A stretch of 64,000 bases of DNA from a virus (taxonomy: Duplodnaviria > Caudoviricetes). The position numbers and the translations under genes are program-made. Location: positions 1-64,000 of the IMG/VR virus record IMGVR_UViG_3300013103_000006; one strand, given 5' to 3'. Position 1 is the first letter of the stretch. Each line of letters opens with the position of its first letter. Below are positions 46,801-56,069 of the stretch, piece by piece. The notes under the pieces were generated by a model. That model did not search any database and was not told the DNA's origin. It worked only from the letters and a program-made list of their open reading frames with translations.

Positions 46801-48556
46801 TAAGATATACATTCGTACTCTCCAAGCTATTTGCTAAGGCAGAGAAAACCATGAGGGCAGTGCCAAATGAGCCGAATAATATGAGGGTCTTTTTTAATTC
46901 ATTTGTGAAAAGAGATATAAGATAAAGTAATCCTGAAAGCTGAATCGCACTTGTAGCAATCCAATCTGGCATAACGTCTCCAAGCGTCATAGAGGCTAGA
47001 GTAATCGCTGTCATTATAGCTGGAAGCCCACCAAGCAGAATTTTCATTCGTTCCATGGAAACATTAGCTCCACTTATTTTTCTAACCATATAGGTTGTTG
47101 CCTTTGGAACTCCCATTAAAGCAAGCCTAAATTGCTCGGTTACGGAAGTACCCTTTTTCATATGAATGATAAACTCTCTAAGTGGTGTTTTTAATCCTCG
47201 TAATGCTAATGCAACCAGTAGTGTCGTGCCATAGAATGTACCAAATATCGCAATGATGTATTTCAACACTCCTCCAGTGCCTCTGAATAAACCTCCGAAA
47301 AAGTTAATGGCTTTCGTAAAGAATTTTATCGCTGGCAAAATACCAGATTTTATAATATCCACTATATTAACTAAAACAGGCTCGAATTCTTTACCGATAT
47401 CAATATATAAATTCTTAATAGCGGATGCAAGGCTGGTTAAGCTCCCCCAAAGAGTTCTGATTTGTCTTTCAGCAAGAGCTTCAGTTAATCCCTGAGTCAT
47501 TGCTAGCTCGGATGCAAAATAAGCTATATTATCAGCTGCATTAACTAGAGTAATTGCAGCAGCAGCTGTCTCCGCTCTGAACATAGCAGAAGCTTCAGCT
47601 GCGCCAAAACCAGCAGCCTTAAGAGTATAGAGAATTTCAGTTATGGAATGCAATCTTGGATCTAAATCAGCAAGAGTTAAACCAAGACCTTCTATTACTT
47701 TCTTTCCTTCCTCGGTTGGCTTAATCAATCTGTTGAGAATCATGTTTAGTCTTCTGCCAGCTTGAGCTCCTTCATAACCAGCATTTACTAAGGAAGCTAA
47801 TGCTGCTACAGTATCTTCTAATGGAACACCCAATGCTCCTGCAATTTGACCAGAGTATTTAAGGGCTTCAGACAGCCTATCTGCAGTCATGAAAGATGAT
47901 GAAATAGCACCGGTGAATGTATCCACAACCCGACTGGCATCATCAAATGAAAGATTGAATTGCTTTAGAGTCTTGATTACTGTCTCCATTGCCTTATCTA
48001 AGTCTATACCTTGAGCAGCAGCGTAGTTCAATACAGGAATTAATTGTTTGTCAGTAACCTCAAATACATCATAGCCTGCTGAGGCGACGGAGTAATAAGC
48101 CTTAGCGACATCAAGAGCAGAATAGATAGTTTTAGTAGCCATTAGCTTACTCATTTTCTCAATATGCTTAACAGCATCATCGAATGATTCACCAAGATAT
48201 CCAGATACTCCTGCAGCTAATCCAACCGCCTTAGTGAATTCAGATGTTAAGTCGATAGCTTCTTGCATAGCTCGAATAGACCGCATTACAATCTGAACAC
48301 CAATGGTGAAAGATAGATAGTTCTGAATGTGAGTGGAAAATGCCTTAAATCTTTCCTCCCAATACTTAAGACTTTTCTTTACTCCTTTATCATCTATGGC
48401 CATCTTAGGAGCTATCACTGTCTTTTTAAGAGTGGCACCTAGTCTTTTAGCTACTCCTTTAATGTCCTTTTCAGCTGTCTTTAAATCTACCGGTAGTTTC
48501 TTAACGTCAACGGTTAATTCGAATCGAATTTTACCGGCATTAATATCTCCAGGCAT
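43889..48556 (-). CDS. tape measure protein (TP901-like core)
   Basis: 1555 aa, Ala-rich helical, YSA.DVA.A...A.AG, L.EALKY.G, central TM stretch, C-terminal FQFGGLV.KPT...GE.GPE. Confidence 0.9.
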   Translation of the reverse strand: MPGDINAGKIRFELTVDVKKLPVDLKTAEKDIKGVAKRLGATLKKTVIAPKMAIDDKGVKKSLKYWEERFKAFSTHIQNYLSFTIGVQIVMRSIRAMQEAIDLTSEFTKAVGLAAGVSGYLGESFDDAVKHIEKMSKLMATKTIYSALDVAKAYYSVASAGYDVFEVTDKQLIPVLNYAAAQGIDLDKAMETVIKTLKQFNLSFDDASRVVDTFTGAISSSFMTADRLSEALKYSGQIAGALGVPLEDTVAALASLVNAGYEGAQAGRRLNMILNRLIKPTEEGKKVIEGLGLTLADLDPRLHSITEILYTLKAAGFGAAEASAMFRAETAAAAITLVNAADNIAYFASELAMTQGLTEALAERQIRTLWGSLTSLASAIKNLYIDIGKEFEPVLVNIVDIIKSGILPAIKFFTKAINFFGGLFRGTGGVLKYIIAIFGTFYGTTLLVALALRGLKTPLREFIIHMKKGTSVTEQFRLALMGVPKATTYMVRKISGANVSMERMKILLGGLPAIMTAITLASMTLGDVMPDWIATSAIQLSGLLYLISLFTNELKKTLILFGSFGTALMVFSALANSLESTNVYLKITLSLLSSLLIVIGLAKTAWKGFKKELYPIFALLAALQILFSVFWKPLRHAFMEIGEKVLGMKTDIAKAKEAASSLIDKFYELRNVVQRMTDVAESIRDIRSAVNELKEEGELTTEIYEKLMNLTSSYSELQSKAASIIGEITKITASATDNLSSYMTTEENYIKTRREQNKLEEENKKLILDIEKYQNEYNEAVAEFGANSEEASAAFGKLIEAMKRQKEISSDLATISSKLGEIENERAKLLDEMIPEERAVAEAVSRVIEYYYEYIDVLEQMSVLTAKINALNNIRNNIDKIMEERLRHLAEAELRVLEAEEKLYKLRKDEPRRLKSIWDALAKEGLLTDELIDARVNLEKSYGDVMRAQVKYASVLDKLTPDQQRQIDLWLQTALAAMEAGEAIPEMPAFISPADQAIIEDYLNALFAYETAVNNIRDVLSAYVSSLVDAGLASQEVADAFYEWLQLSSQIRVAEGDLDEATTDVRNSIDSIATSIWNLWESLSDEEFSTISEKFMEAARRLGILAWFGDDASEVLQSIRDILDDQTISWSNLTDEQAVAALTLGTLGGEYLKLYDVMSGKKILDLIPGAEDFTEFTTAVKEAFGEAIGYIQDFEKELEVMYLKLHPAEYVNKLENIRDFLENISTALEKRFGKENHLVRFLQGTVIPLYDEEIEKWRGYASGIDDFIEAVRGLKTLIKIPKPKELPSGIYLPPVLITKEDLEKALSSATEEASGVAEESGAKTGENFATSFFQTVIGLITPLLSSAVTSSTAEVGITTAGVVQTNMMPVGDAITNAMAPDSSLLISTVQNTLDAIRDAINTTEIPAIEIPIRVVRTGGGRGRTGGSVREAVEEQLNRWNVPEAVKRSVLRYFQFGGLVSKPTIALMGEKGPELVLPLTKPTIARALLSRYLPEYLPELTAQYGGVYGGSTSVTYTTNTEEFNIMGPITIEHVANWDDFVDKLRMKARVAGSYEL

Positions 48557-48756
48557 TATCTTCTTCTAATATTTCTCAACTTTTGTTCAGCTTCTTTATG
48601 AGCATCATATTCCTTCTTCCATCTATAAAGAATAGCATTCTCAAGAAAAGCTATGCCAGCTGGGTCTTTCATCCGGAGTTCACCAATCTCCTTCGGTGTT
48701 TTATTTAGAACCTTACATAACTCAAACTCCAGCTGACCTAAACCAGATTCAACGAA
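48556..48756 (-). CDS. frameshift extension of tail assembly chaperone (gpGT-like)
   Basis: 66 codons open in the +1 frame from TCC_TTT_CGT_TGA to a TAA overlapping the tape-measure ATG. Confidence 0.7.
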   Translation of the reverse strand, partial: FVESGLGQLEFELCKVLNKTPKEIGELRMKDPAGIAFLENAILYRWKKEYDAHKEAEQKLRNIRRR

Positions 48757-49261
48757 AGGATTTCATCTCTTCAGGACTTATGCTTGTTATTTCTTGAGCC
48801 TTTGCTATGACTGCATTAAGGAAATTCTGAAGAGCATTCCAAGTAGCTATTTTAGACCAGAATTCCTCGTTTAGCTTCTTGTCGATACAGAGTTTAGCAG
48901 CTATTTTAGGAAGCTCAGCATAAGCTTGTTCTAGTTTCTCAGCCTCCTCTTTAGTCATGGTGTCCATGTTATAAGCGGATGTAGCAGCTACAATCTTTAT
49001 AAGCCGTATCATCTCATCATGAGTTGGTCTTCGAGCTAATACCATGCGTTTAGTCTCAGGAGATGTCTCAAAAACAACCTTGAGAATATCCTCTCTAAAA
49101 TCACGCTCTAATTTCTCTCTTGTAGCTATCTTTTCTATAACATCCTCCATTTCTTTCTTTTTTGTCTTAGCCAATTGCTCTTCGAATTGCTTCCATTGTT
49201 CAGGAGTGATACCTTTTCCCTTCTTTTTCTCCTCAGCCATATATAACCTCCATATACTCAA
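48749..49261 (-). CDS. tail assembly chaperone (gpG-like)
   Basis: Between tail tube and tape measure; GGAGGT RBS near MAEEKK. Confidence 0.7.
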   Translation of the reverse strand: MSIWRLYMAEEKKKGKGITPEQWKQFEEQLAKTKKKEMEDVIEKIATREKLERDFREDILKVVFETSPETKRMVLARRPTHDEMIRLIKIVAATSAYNMDTMTKEEAEKLEQAYAELPKIAAKLCIDKKLNEEFWSKIATWNALQNFLNAVIAKAQEITSISPEEMKSFR

Positions 49262-49342
49262 AGCTCAACGAATAACAGATTAACAGAACTAACAGATTAA
49301 CTGAAGAACAGAAAAGAACATTACGACATAAAAATTATTTAA

Positions 49343-49786
49343 TTAGGCGGATATCTTGACTCCTCCACCTGCCAAGTTGGTCTTTGATACCTGATGCGGA
49401 TTCATTACGATGAAGTCAATAGAGCCCTTAGTTACAGTGCCAGCATCTCCCATGGATATCTCGAATCCTGTTATCATGCCTGAAGTGAAGTAGAAATGTA
49501 GGGATTTATCACCAGCAGAGCCAGATATAATAACATTAGTTCCATTGATTAGATGCTCGAGAAGAACACCAGCTGCATTGTTATCTAGCTTAATCGCTGT
49601 AAGAGAGCCCTCAACGGATAGGAAGCCTGCTCGGACATCATTTCCTTTCTCACCAACTAACGGAGTCTCAATGGTATCTCTTGTGAGAGTAATTCTGAAA
49701 TCTGATAAACCAATGGTAGAATGAGATTTACCTCCAATTGTTATTTTTGCATCTTCACCAGTATAGGTTTCAGGTGTTGCTCCCAT
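49343..49786 (-). CDS. tail tube protein paralog B
   Basis: TG..AK...GLSDF.....RDT.E.PLVG..GN...G.L..EGSLT. Confidence 0.7.
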   Translation of the reverse strand: MGATPETYTGEDAKITIGGKSHSTIGLSDFRITLTRDTIETPLVGEKGNDVRAGFLSVEGSLTAIKLDNNAAGVLLEHLINGTNVIISGSAGDKSLHFYFTSGMITGFEISMGDAGTVTKGSIDFIVMNPHQVSKTNLAGGGVKISA

Positions 49787-49798
49787 ATTATCACCTCA

Positions 49799-50242
49799 TT
49801 ATGCACTTACATGGCCATTGCTATAGCTTGCGTTATAGGCATCAACGACGACAAAGTCGATGGAAGCTTCCGTAATGGTGGAAGCATCTCCGAATGTTAT
49901 CTCATAAGAAGTGACCTGACAAGATGGGAAATACCAAGAGAGACCATCACTTGCAGTGCTACCAGATACTATCAGGTATGTATCGGGGTCTACTAGATTA
50001 TCAAGAACATCAGAATTACCAGAAGCAGCAAATCTGCAATTTGTTAGTGAACCTTCAATTGTCAGCTTACCAGCCTTTCTATAGTTACCCTCTTGACCAA
50101 CCAGCGGTTGCTCGACAGTATCTCTGGAGAATCTAAGAGTAAAGTCACTAAGACCCCATAGACTTACTCCTTTATTTGGTAGGTCGGATGAGGAAGTAGA
50201 GAGGAATACCTTAGCACTCCTTCCAGTAACTATACCAGCCAT
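49799..50242 (-). CDS. tail tube protein paralog A
   Basis: Same motif set and same length (147 aa) as the neighbour. Confidence 0.7.
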   Translation of the reverse strand: MAGIVTGRSAKVFLSTSSSDLPNKGVSLWGLSDFTLRFSRDTVEQPLVGQEGNYRKAGKLTIEGSLTNCRFAASGNSDVLDNLVDPDTYLIVSGSTASDGLSWYFPSCQVTSYEITFGDASTITEASIDFVVVDAYNASYSNGHVSA

Positions 50243-50284
50243 GTTATCACTCTATATTGAACATACCAAACAAACATCTGGATG

Positions 50285-50932
50285 CTATTTCGATTTCTTA
50301 ATTACCCATCTAGCCCCATAAATAGTCCCATGGTTATCATAACCAGAAATATCGTGGCAGACATCACCTTCATGCTCATTCATCGGTAAATGCAGTACTA
50401 AGCCGGTGTCATCTATCTCCTCCCCATTGTAGAGTCTGGTTATTTCTTCTGCGTTTAGTTCCCTGTTGTATATTCTTATGTCATCTATTATTCCTTTGAA
50501 TGAAAGTGTTTGTATCGATGATAAACCTATCAAAAGATTATCCGTTACTGTTTTTCTTGTTGTTGCGGTTCCTGCTGTTGTTAATGTTTGTTTTTCTCCA
50601 TTGATATATATTTTATCAAACATGTATACTATATGTGTCCATTTATTCTTTTGTATTGCATTTTCTGCGGCATAATATTTATATGATGATCCATCTCCCC
50701 ATATCATTTGTGGTTTAAGTTCTGTTGATAATCTGGTCATATAGTTATTATTACACCATGATGTTGCTTCAGCTTTTGCCACTATTAAAATTGGTGTATT
50801 TGTTATCTTTTGTGTTTTAATCCATACTGATATAGTTATTTCATCTGTTATATCTAAACTACTATCATTTCCACAATCAACATAGTCATCTATTCCATCA
50901 AAGTATAGTCCACCTGTTCTATTTACCGCCAC
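50285..50932 (-). CDS. LamG-domain virion protein
   Basis: FDGIDDYV, ITISVWIK, WTHIV, FKG.IDDIRIYNR.L...EI. Confidence 0.85.
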   Translation of the reverse strand: MAVNRTGGLYFDGIDDYVDCGNDSSLDITDEITISVWIKTQKITNTPILIVAKAEATSWCNNNYMTRLSTELKPQMIWGDGSSYKYYAAENAIQKNKWTHIVYMFDKIYINGEKQTLTTAGTATTRKTVTDNLLIGLSSIQTLSFKGIIDDIRIYNRELNAEEITRLYNGEEIDDTGLVLHLPMNEHEGDVCHDISGYDNHGTIYGARWVIKKSK

Positions 50933-51179
50933 CGGTTTTTCCCTCCTCTACTGATTTCAAGGATGGGTAGAGGTCATAGTATCCTTTGATATGCTCTGTT
51001 TTACCTTCTTCATCTTTTTTATCTACCCCATACAGGTATTCCTCTGCTATCTTCTGTTTCTCTGTGTCTGTTGTATCTTCTTTCACACAGATCTCATGTT
51101 TTATTCCATTCTCTGTGAAGTAGATGACGCTATACCCTGCTTGGTTTGGATGTGGTTTAACGTTTATCTCAAATGGCAT
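50919..51179 (-). CDS. hypothetical virion-region protein
   Basis: 86 aa, coupled to both neighbours. Confidence 0.6.
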   Translation of the reverse strand: MPFEINVKPHPNQAGYSVIYFTENGIKHEICVKEDTTDTEKQKIAEEYLYGVDKKDEEGKTEHIKGYYDLYPSLKSVEEGKTGGGK

Positions 51180-51682
51180 CAGCTTTTCACCTCCATAGCA
51201 GCGGAGAAGGTGAAACTAGGAGAGGTTCCACCTATAACCCAGCGTAACCGCACATACCGGTACGGCAAATCAGTCAACTCCTTCCAGACAGTAGTGACGC
51301 TACTGATAGTAGAAGGATTCCAGATAGTATTATATTTACCACTAAGAGTGTCCTTCCCTTCAAGATAGAAATCTATAGTTGGGCTAGTGCCACTAACAGC
51401 AGTAACATCAATACAAACAGCAGCACACATTACATGGCTAATATCAATATCACCTGAATTTCCACTGGATGTCTCTGCTTTACTGGAATGAAGAGTAATA
51501 TTCTCCTGCCAATGACTTTGGGGTTCAACTGGAACCATAATGTCACTGTCCGTAATCTTGAGATATTCAATATTTCCAAGAATTCTTCCAGATTCATCTA
51601 CTGCTATGAGACGAATTATTGAATTATCGCTATCGTATCCTGCTATCATTCTCGTAGATGTATGAGTAGTTAAATCACTCAT
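51179..51682 (-). CDS. beta-sandwich virion protein
   Basis: DVTAVSGT.PT.D..LEG.D, RYVRLRW. Confidence 0.6.
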   Translation of the reverse strand: MSDLTTHTSTRMIAGYDSDNSIIRLIAVDESGRILGNIEYLKITDSDIMVPVEPQSHWQENITLHSSKAETSSGNSGDIDISHVMCAAVCIDVTAVSGTSPTIDFYLEGKDTLSGKYNTIWNPSTISSVTTVWKELTDLPYRYVRLRWVIGGTSPSFTFSAAMEVKS

Positions 51683-51715
51683 ACCTTATACCTCTTTATA
51701 CTCACATTAACTACA

Positions 51716-53032
51716 CTATGGTTTATAAACAGCTTTCCAGTAAACCGTTCTATCAGCACTGACAGCGGAGTCAACAACGATATCAAAAGTTGTAGAACCA
51801 ACATTCTGGACGTAGGCATCCTTGACCTCACTATGGGTACCAGTAAGCTGTATCTCAGTGGGAGTACCAGCCAAGCCGTGAGTGACAGTTACAGAAGTAC
51901 TACCGTTGGAGATGGTAGCAGTGCCAGAGTTTTCGAGTTTGAAAATATTTGTGACATTTTCATAAACATTATTATTAACTACAATCCCTGGAGAAGTAGA
52001 AGCGTTAGTGCCTAGACTAACCGAATTTGAAATCGTATACCCGCTATCCCCTCTTAAAATATTATTAGTAAATATAATATGGCTATAAGATAAACTTGAT
52101 GGTGGATCGAGTTTCAAACAACTTTGTAAATTTGTTGATGTTACTTGTATGTAATTACCTATTATAATTTGACTATCTGCCCATCCATAAAAAGCCGAAG
52201 TAGTTGGATTATCAATTTGGTTGGCGACTATAAGGTTCCCTGCAGCCCACTTCCAATATATACCATATGAATAGGATGTAGCAGGTACTTTTGATATGTG
52301 ATTCTGAATGATGATATTTGTCCCATATTCAAGATATATCCCTGTATCGCACCCTTGAATAAGATTATGTGCAATATAATTATCTGATGCAAGAGAACCT
52401 ATATATATGCCGTAAGGAGAGCCTGAATTTTCTCTACCCATAATCTTATTTTCTAGGATTTCGATTTCATAATGGTGGATAGATGAGTGACTGACATATA
52501 TACCAGCTTGCGTAAAAGCAATTATGAAACAATTTTTAACAGTATTTTTTTCTCCTCCTTTACTAATATATACGCCGTATTGAGCTTTAGAATTACAGTC
52601 TAAACCCAATGATTCAATATGCAACCCTCTTATATATGATTTTGTTGCTTTGAAAATAGCTTCGATGTTAGATGCCGCCGAAAGAAAGGTACCTTTTTTG
52701 TCACTTAAATCTGATTTTATGCTTGCTTTCTCACCACAGATATATATACCATTATAAGGTATTTCAATGGTAGACGAAATGTCATATACGCCTTTTTTAA
52801 TAAAAATTAATCCTCCCGAATCACAGTTGTTTATAGTGTCCTGTATTACAGTCGCTGCATCAGTACCACTGAAGTCTACTTTACCTGTGTCGCCATTCTT
52901 AGCATAGATGGTATCACCGTCTTTGAAGATTATATAGGATGCTGGATATCCAAGATGTTGAATAGTTGAATCATCGAAATTAAACACACCATCATATTTA
53001 TGCACACCATAACCATATTCATGTCGAACCAT
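51716..53032 (-). CDS. right-handed beta-helix (pectin-lyase-like) fibre/spike protein
   Basis: YAKNG.TG..DF.GTDAA.VIQ, IFIKKG.Y, repeated I..N.I; C-terminal SGTATI....V.V.HGL. Confidence 0.75.
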   Translation of the reverse strand: MVRHEYGYGVHKYDGVFNFDDSTIQHLGYPASYIIFKDGDTIYAKNGDTGKVDFSGTDAATVIQDTINNCDSGGLIFIKKGVYDISSTIEIPYNGIYICGEKASIKSDLSDKKGTFLSAASNIEAIFKATKSYIRGLHIESLGLDCNSKAQYGVYISKGGEKNTVKNCFIIAFTQAGIYVSHSSIHHYEIEILENKIMGRENSGSPYGIYIGSLASDNYIAHNLIQGCDTGIYLEYGTNIIIQNHISKVPATSYSYGIYWKWAAGNLIVANQIDNPTTSAFYGWADSQIIIGNYIQVTSTNLQSCLKLDPPSSLSYSHIIFTNNILRGDSGYTISNSVSLGTNASTSPGIVVNNNVYENVTNIFKLENSGTATISNGSTSVTVTHGLAGTPTEIQLTGTHSEVKDAYVQNVGSTTFDIVVDSAVSADRTVYWKAVYKP

Positions 53033-53043
53033 CTTTCCTCAAA

Positions 53044-53442
53044 TTATCTTTCAAACACATAAACATAACTAAATCGGAGAATCTTCCTATGAGCCTTAAG
53101 AGCAACCTCCCAAGTGTCTACTTCTGATGTCTTAGAATAACCATTAGCCATTAGTTCTTTAGTGACGATATCAGCAATCTCAGTAGCTTCTTTAACACTC
53201 TTTCTAGATAGTATGTCAATTTGAAATGAGATATTGATTTCATGTAATTTCTGACCATCAGGAGCAGTACCGTATCCGAGATATCCAACATCAGATTCTC
53301 CTATAGTGGTTATGGCTATAAGTGGAAAGGAAGTAGCTGCTTCTATCCAGCCAACTCTTATATTATTGCTAGATACATAATTAGATAAATCAGCAGAAGC
53401 AACCAAGATATCTCTTGTTTGTTTGAGTAAACTATAGCTCAT
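53044..53442 (-). CDS. tail terminator-like protein
   Basis: Neck-module position; FP.I.I, FQIDI.S. Confidence 0.6.
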   Translation of the reverse strand: MSYSLLKQTRDILVASADLSNYVSSNNIRVGWIEAATSFPLIAITTIGESDVGYLGYGTAPDGQKLHEINISFQIDILSRKSVKEATEIADIVTKELMANGYSKTSEVDTWEVALKAHRKILRFSYVYVFER

Positions 53443-53981
53443 GTTCCAGCAGGAGTTATATGGGACTTCATATAGGAAGCAATCACATCAACAGTCTTTC
53501 GTCTATCATCAGAAGTTGGGAAGCCATTCAGAGCACTGCCTAAAAAACCTTTATGTCTCTGCTGGCCTCTTACGAAAGGAACCTTCTTAACAGTTCCATC
53601 AAGACTGTCAAAATATAGATAATCACCTTCTGTTGGCTTGATTACTCCAAATGTTCCGTATTCCTGAGCAGCAGCATGCTTGGATTCATTAGTAACACCT
53701 ATCTTTATCTTTGTGCCTTCAAACTTAGGTTGCTCAATTCTCCATCCTTCAAGTATGGATATATCTCTCCATCTCTCTGGATGTTTATAGACTTCATAGT
53801 TTCTATCTGGAGAAGGAATAGAGACATATCCTCCAGCTATAAGATTTTCATTAGCTCTTATAGTTACAGATTCAGCTGCATATTCAAGACCTTCCATAGC
53901 CGCAAGAATAGCTACTTGTCTAATCTGATTCAGCTTTCTCTTGAATTGTGCTTCATTCTTCCATTTAACATTTACAACCAT
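53439..53981 (-). CDS. HK97 gp10-like neck protein
   Basis: HAAAQEYGT, V.GQ....FLGSAL; position. Confidence 0.65.
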   Translation of the reverse strand: MVVNVKWKNEAQFKRKLNQIRQVAILAAMEGLEYAAESVTIRANENLIAGGYVSIPSPDRNYEVYKHPERWRDISILEGWRIEQPKFEGTKIKIGVTNESKHAAAQEYGTFGVIKPTEGDYLYFDSLDGTVKKVPFVRGQQRHKGFLGSALNGFPTSDDRRKTVDVIASYMKSHITPAGT

Positions 53982-54286
53982 GATACTATCAACTTCTTAT
54001 ATGTGTGTTCAGAGTCATATAACACTTCATTGACGAGATACATTTGATTTTCATAGCTTATTCTATCTCCTGGTTTGATGCTTTCTGAATAATCAACATA
54101 AATCTTACCAGCTAGATTTTCATATCTGCCACCATAGTATGCTACATCTTCATCTGAAGCTGGAATGAATCTAGCGTCTATCGAGCCCGAAGTTGTGTAG
54201 GAAGCTACCCATTCGCCAAGCTCATTCTGAGATGAAGTAAGAGTATATTTATATATTGTATGCTCAAGCATTGATTCGAAAGTCAT
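53972..54286 (-). CDS. head-closure protein (SPP1 gp16-like)
   Basis: I.PGDRI.Y....Y.V..V; position. Confidence 0.65.
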   Translation of the reverse strand: MTFESMLEHTIYKYTLTSSQNELGEWVASYTTSGSIDARFIPASDEDVAYYGGRYENLAGKIYVDYSESIKPGDRISYENQMYLVNEVLYDSEHTYKKLIVSWL

Positions 54287-54288
54287 GG

Positions 54289-54693
54289 CTAAATATCAAA
54301 TCCTAAAACACGGTCTACGACATAATAGTAATCTGATTTGGACTTTAAAATGTCAAGAGCCATTTTTCTGAATTCAAGCCAAGAATTATAAGATTTGGAG
54401 TATCTAGATGCAGTTTGATATGAATAATCACCTAATTTTTCACTTACAAGAACATCATACTTTTTAGCCAAGACAGGATTCTGAACGACCTGAGAGGCAA
54501 CTAAGAGTAATGCTGGAATCCTAGCTGTATCTTTAGTTGGCATATTTCCATTAAAGAAGACATCCTTAATATAAGTCTCAACAGCTTCAATTTTAGCTAG
54601 TAGCTCATCATCTGATATATCATCACTCGATAAGGAGGGAGTGAAGAAGCTTCTAACTTCTGATACAGTCACTAATTGAGGAGTATATGTCAT
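54289..54693 (-). CDS. head-tail adaptor (gp6/gp15-like)
   Basis: VTV.EV, SEKLGDYSY; follows the capsid gene. Confidence 0.7.
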   Translation of the reverse strand: MTYTPQLVTVSEVRSFFTPSLSSDDISDDELLAKIEAVETYIKDVFFNGNMPTKDTARIPALLLVASQVVQNPVLAKKYDVLVSEKLGDYSYQTASRYSKSYNSWLEFRKMALDILKSKSDYYYVVDRVLGFDI

Positions 54694-54694
54694 A

Positions 54695-54937
54695 TTATCT
54701 ACCCGGCAATTCTCTTATATCAATCCATTTAGGTTGACGTATATTCCAATTTTGAGGGAATGGATACTGCTGAACAAGATAGGTCCAAGGATTGGTTTTG
54801 CCGCCACCATCAGGAAATGAAACCTCAAGTTCCTCTAATTCATCGTCTGTAAAGACAGTTCTATCTCTAAGTGCTTCTCTTCTCAATTCTTCAATTGATT
54901 CTCGCATCCATTTTTGTTGACCTAATCCATTAATCAT
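54695..54937 (-). CDS. hypothetical protein
   Basis: 80 aa between capsid and adaptor. Confidence 0.6.
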   Translation of the reverse strand: MINGLGQQKWMRESIEELRREALRDRTVFTDDELEELEVSFPDGGGKTNPWTYLVQQYPFPQNWNIRQPKWIDIRELPGR

Positions 54938-54964
54938 AATAATCCTTATTAGTTAATGATGATT

Positions 54965-55015
54965 AATAAACAGATAAACATAAATAGAAGGGAGGGCAGA
55001 AAGCCCATCCCATCT
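54965..55015 (-). terminator. hairpin plus U-rich terminator after the capsid gene
   Basis: AGATGGGATGGGC-TTTCT-GCCCTCCCTTCT then ATTTATGTTTATCTGTTT on the - strand. Confidence 0.55.
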
Positions 55016-55035
55016 ACTAAACATCATTTTTATGA

Positions 55036-56010
55036 TTACTTTGCTAGTATTCTAACTCCTGCGTCGTCTCTGAGCAAACCAACACCGAATCTCATTTTGA
55101 CTATTATGCCCTCAAGGTCGTGAATTGGATCATCATATCTCTCGACTGTTATGTCGTCCCTCATGGCTATGATTGCAGTGTTCTGTGAATCAAGTACAAG
55201 AGCATTGTAGTGACCAGAGGCATCGGTGCCATCCCAAGACTGAGTCACGTCATCAGATGTAGAGACTGATAGGGTGTATGGCTTTAGTCCTAGTAGTCTG
55301 GTTCCGATGCTACCTTCTCTTAGACCAGCCTCAGTACCAGCGTATGATACATAGACTAAATTGGAATCAGATAGCAGATATGCCTCAGCTGATGGATGTG
55401 TAATGAGTGTATCGGGTATCCAGTTCTTCTCTTTGACTCGTCCAATTGCTGTTGCGATATCAGTTACCGCAAGATGAGTTCCTGCTGGATCGACATCGGT
55501 GCATCCATCAAGCTCAGATAGAAGTTTGTCTAGTACTCTCTGGTTTAGAGTGTTCTCCATTACGTAACCAGCCCATTTTAGCTGATGCTCGACTACATTG
55601 AATAAGCCATCGTCAATCATCTCTTTGGTTATGAGACCTCTAAGGCCGTATTTCTCAACCTCAACGTCAACCTTTGAATAGGATGCTTCATCGATTGGGA
55701 ATGCACCGCCCTCAGCAACTTTAGAAGCATATGCTCCAGAAGAACCAAGAACGAATCTTACTTTATATGAATCAGTCTTCTGGATTGGGAATACGTCTCT
55801 TACACAACGTGCTGGCTGTGCCCCCTCATAAATTTTCTTTATGACCTCTTCCTGTAAGAGAGTAGTTTCGTTGATATCCTCAGCCTGAAGTAGTGTCTTT
55901 ACAGCCTTCTCACCGACAATCTTTTTAAATCTCTCGGAGTTTAGCATTCTCTTTCTCTCAGAGTTCCCAGCGAATGCATACTCCATTAGTTTTACGAACT
56001 TAGATTCCAT
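55036..56010 (-). CDS. major capsid protein (HK97 fold)
   Basis: 324 aa; V.EGG.FP, V.V.KYG....IT.EMIDD, NQRVL, LLGL; follows protease and scaffold. Confidence 0.85.
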   Translation of the reverse strand: MESKFVKLMEYAFAGNSERKRMLNSERFKKIVGEKAVKTLLQAEDINETTLLQEEVIKKIYEGAQPARCVRDVFPIQKTDSYKVRFVLGSSGAYASKVAEGGAFPIDEASYSKVDVEVEKYGLRGLITKEMIDDGLFNVVEHQLKWAGYVMENTLNQRVLDKLLSELDGCTDVDPAGTHLAVTDIATAIGRVKEKNWIPDTLITHPSAEAYLLSDSNLVYVSYAGTEAGLREGSIGTRLLGLKPYTLSVSTSDDVTQSWDGTDASGHYNALVLDSQNTAIIAMRDDITVERYDDPIHDLEGIIVKMRFGVGLLRDDAGVRILAK

Positions 56011-56069
56011 TTTAACATTAAGCCTATATCAAACATACAACATAAAGACAAATAAACAGGAAGATAGAA

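Noticed and set aside
49262-49342. AACAGA-type short repeats between tail tube and chaperone genes
   Set aside because: They read as U-rich TCTGTT runs on the coding strand, like other late intergenic spacers; consistent with ordinary termination or processing signals and too degenerate to call an array.
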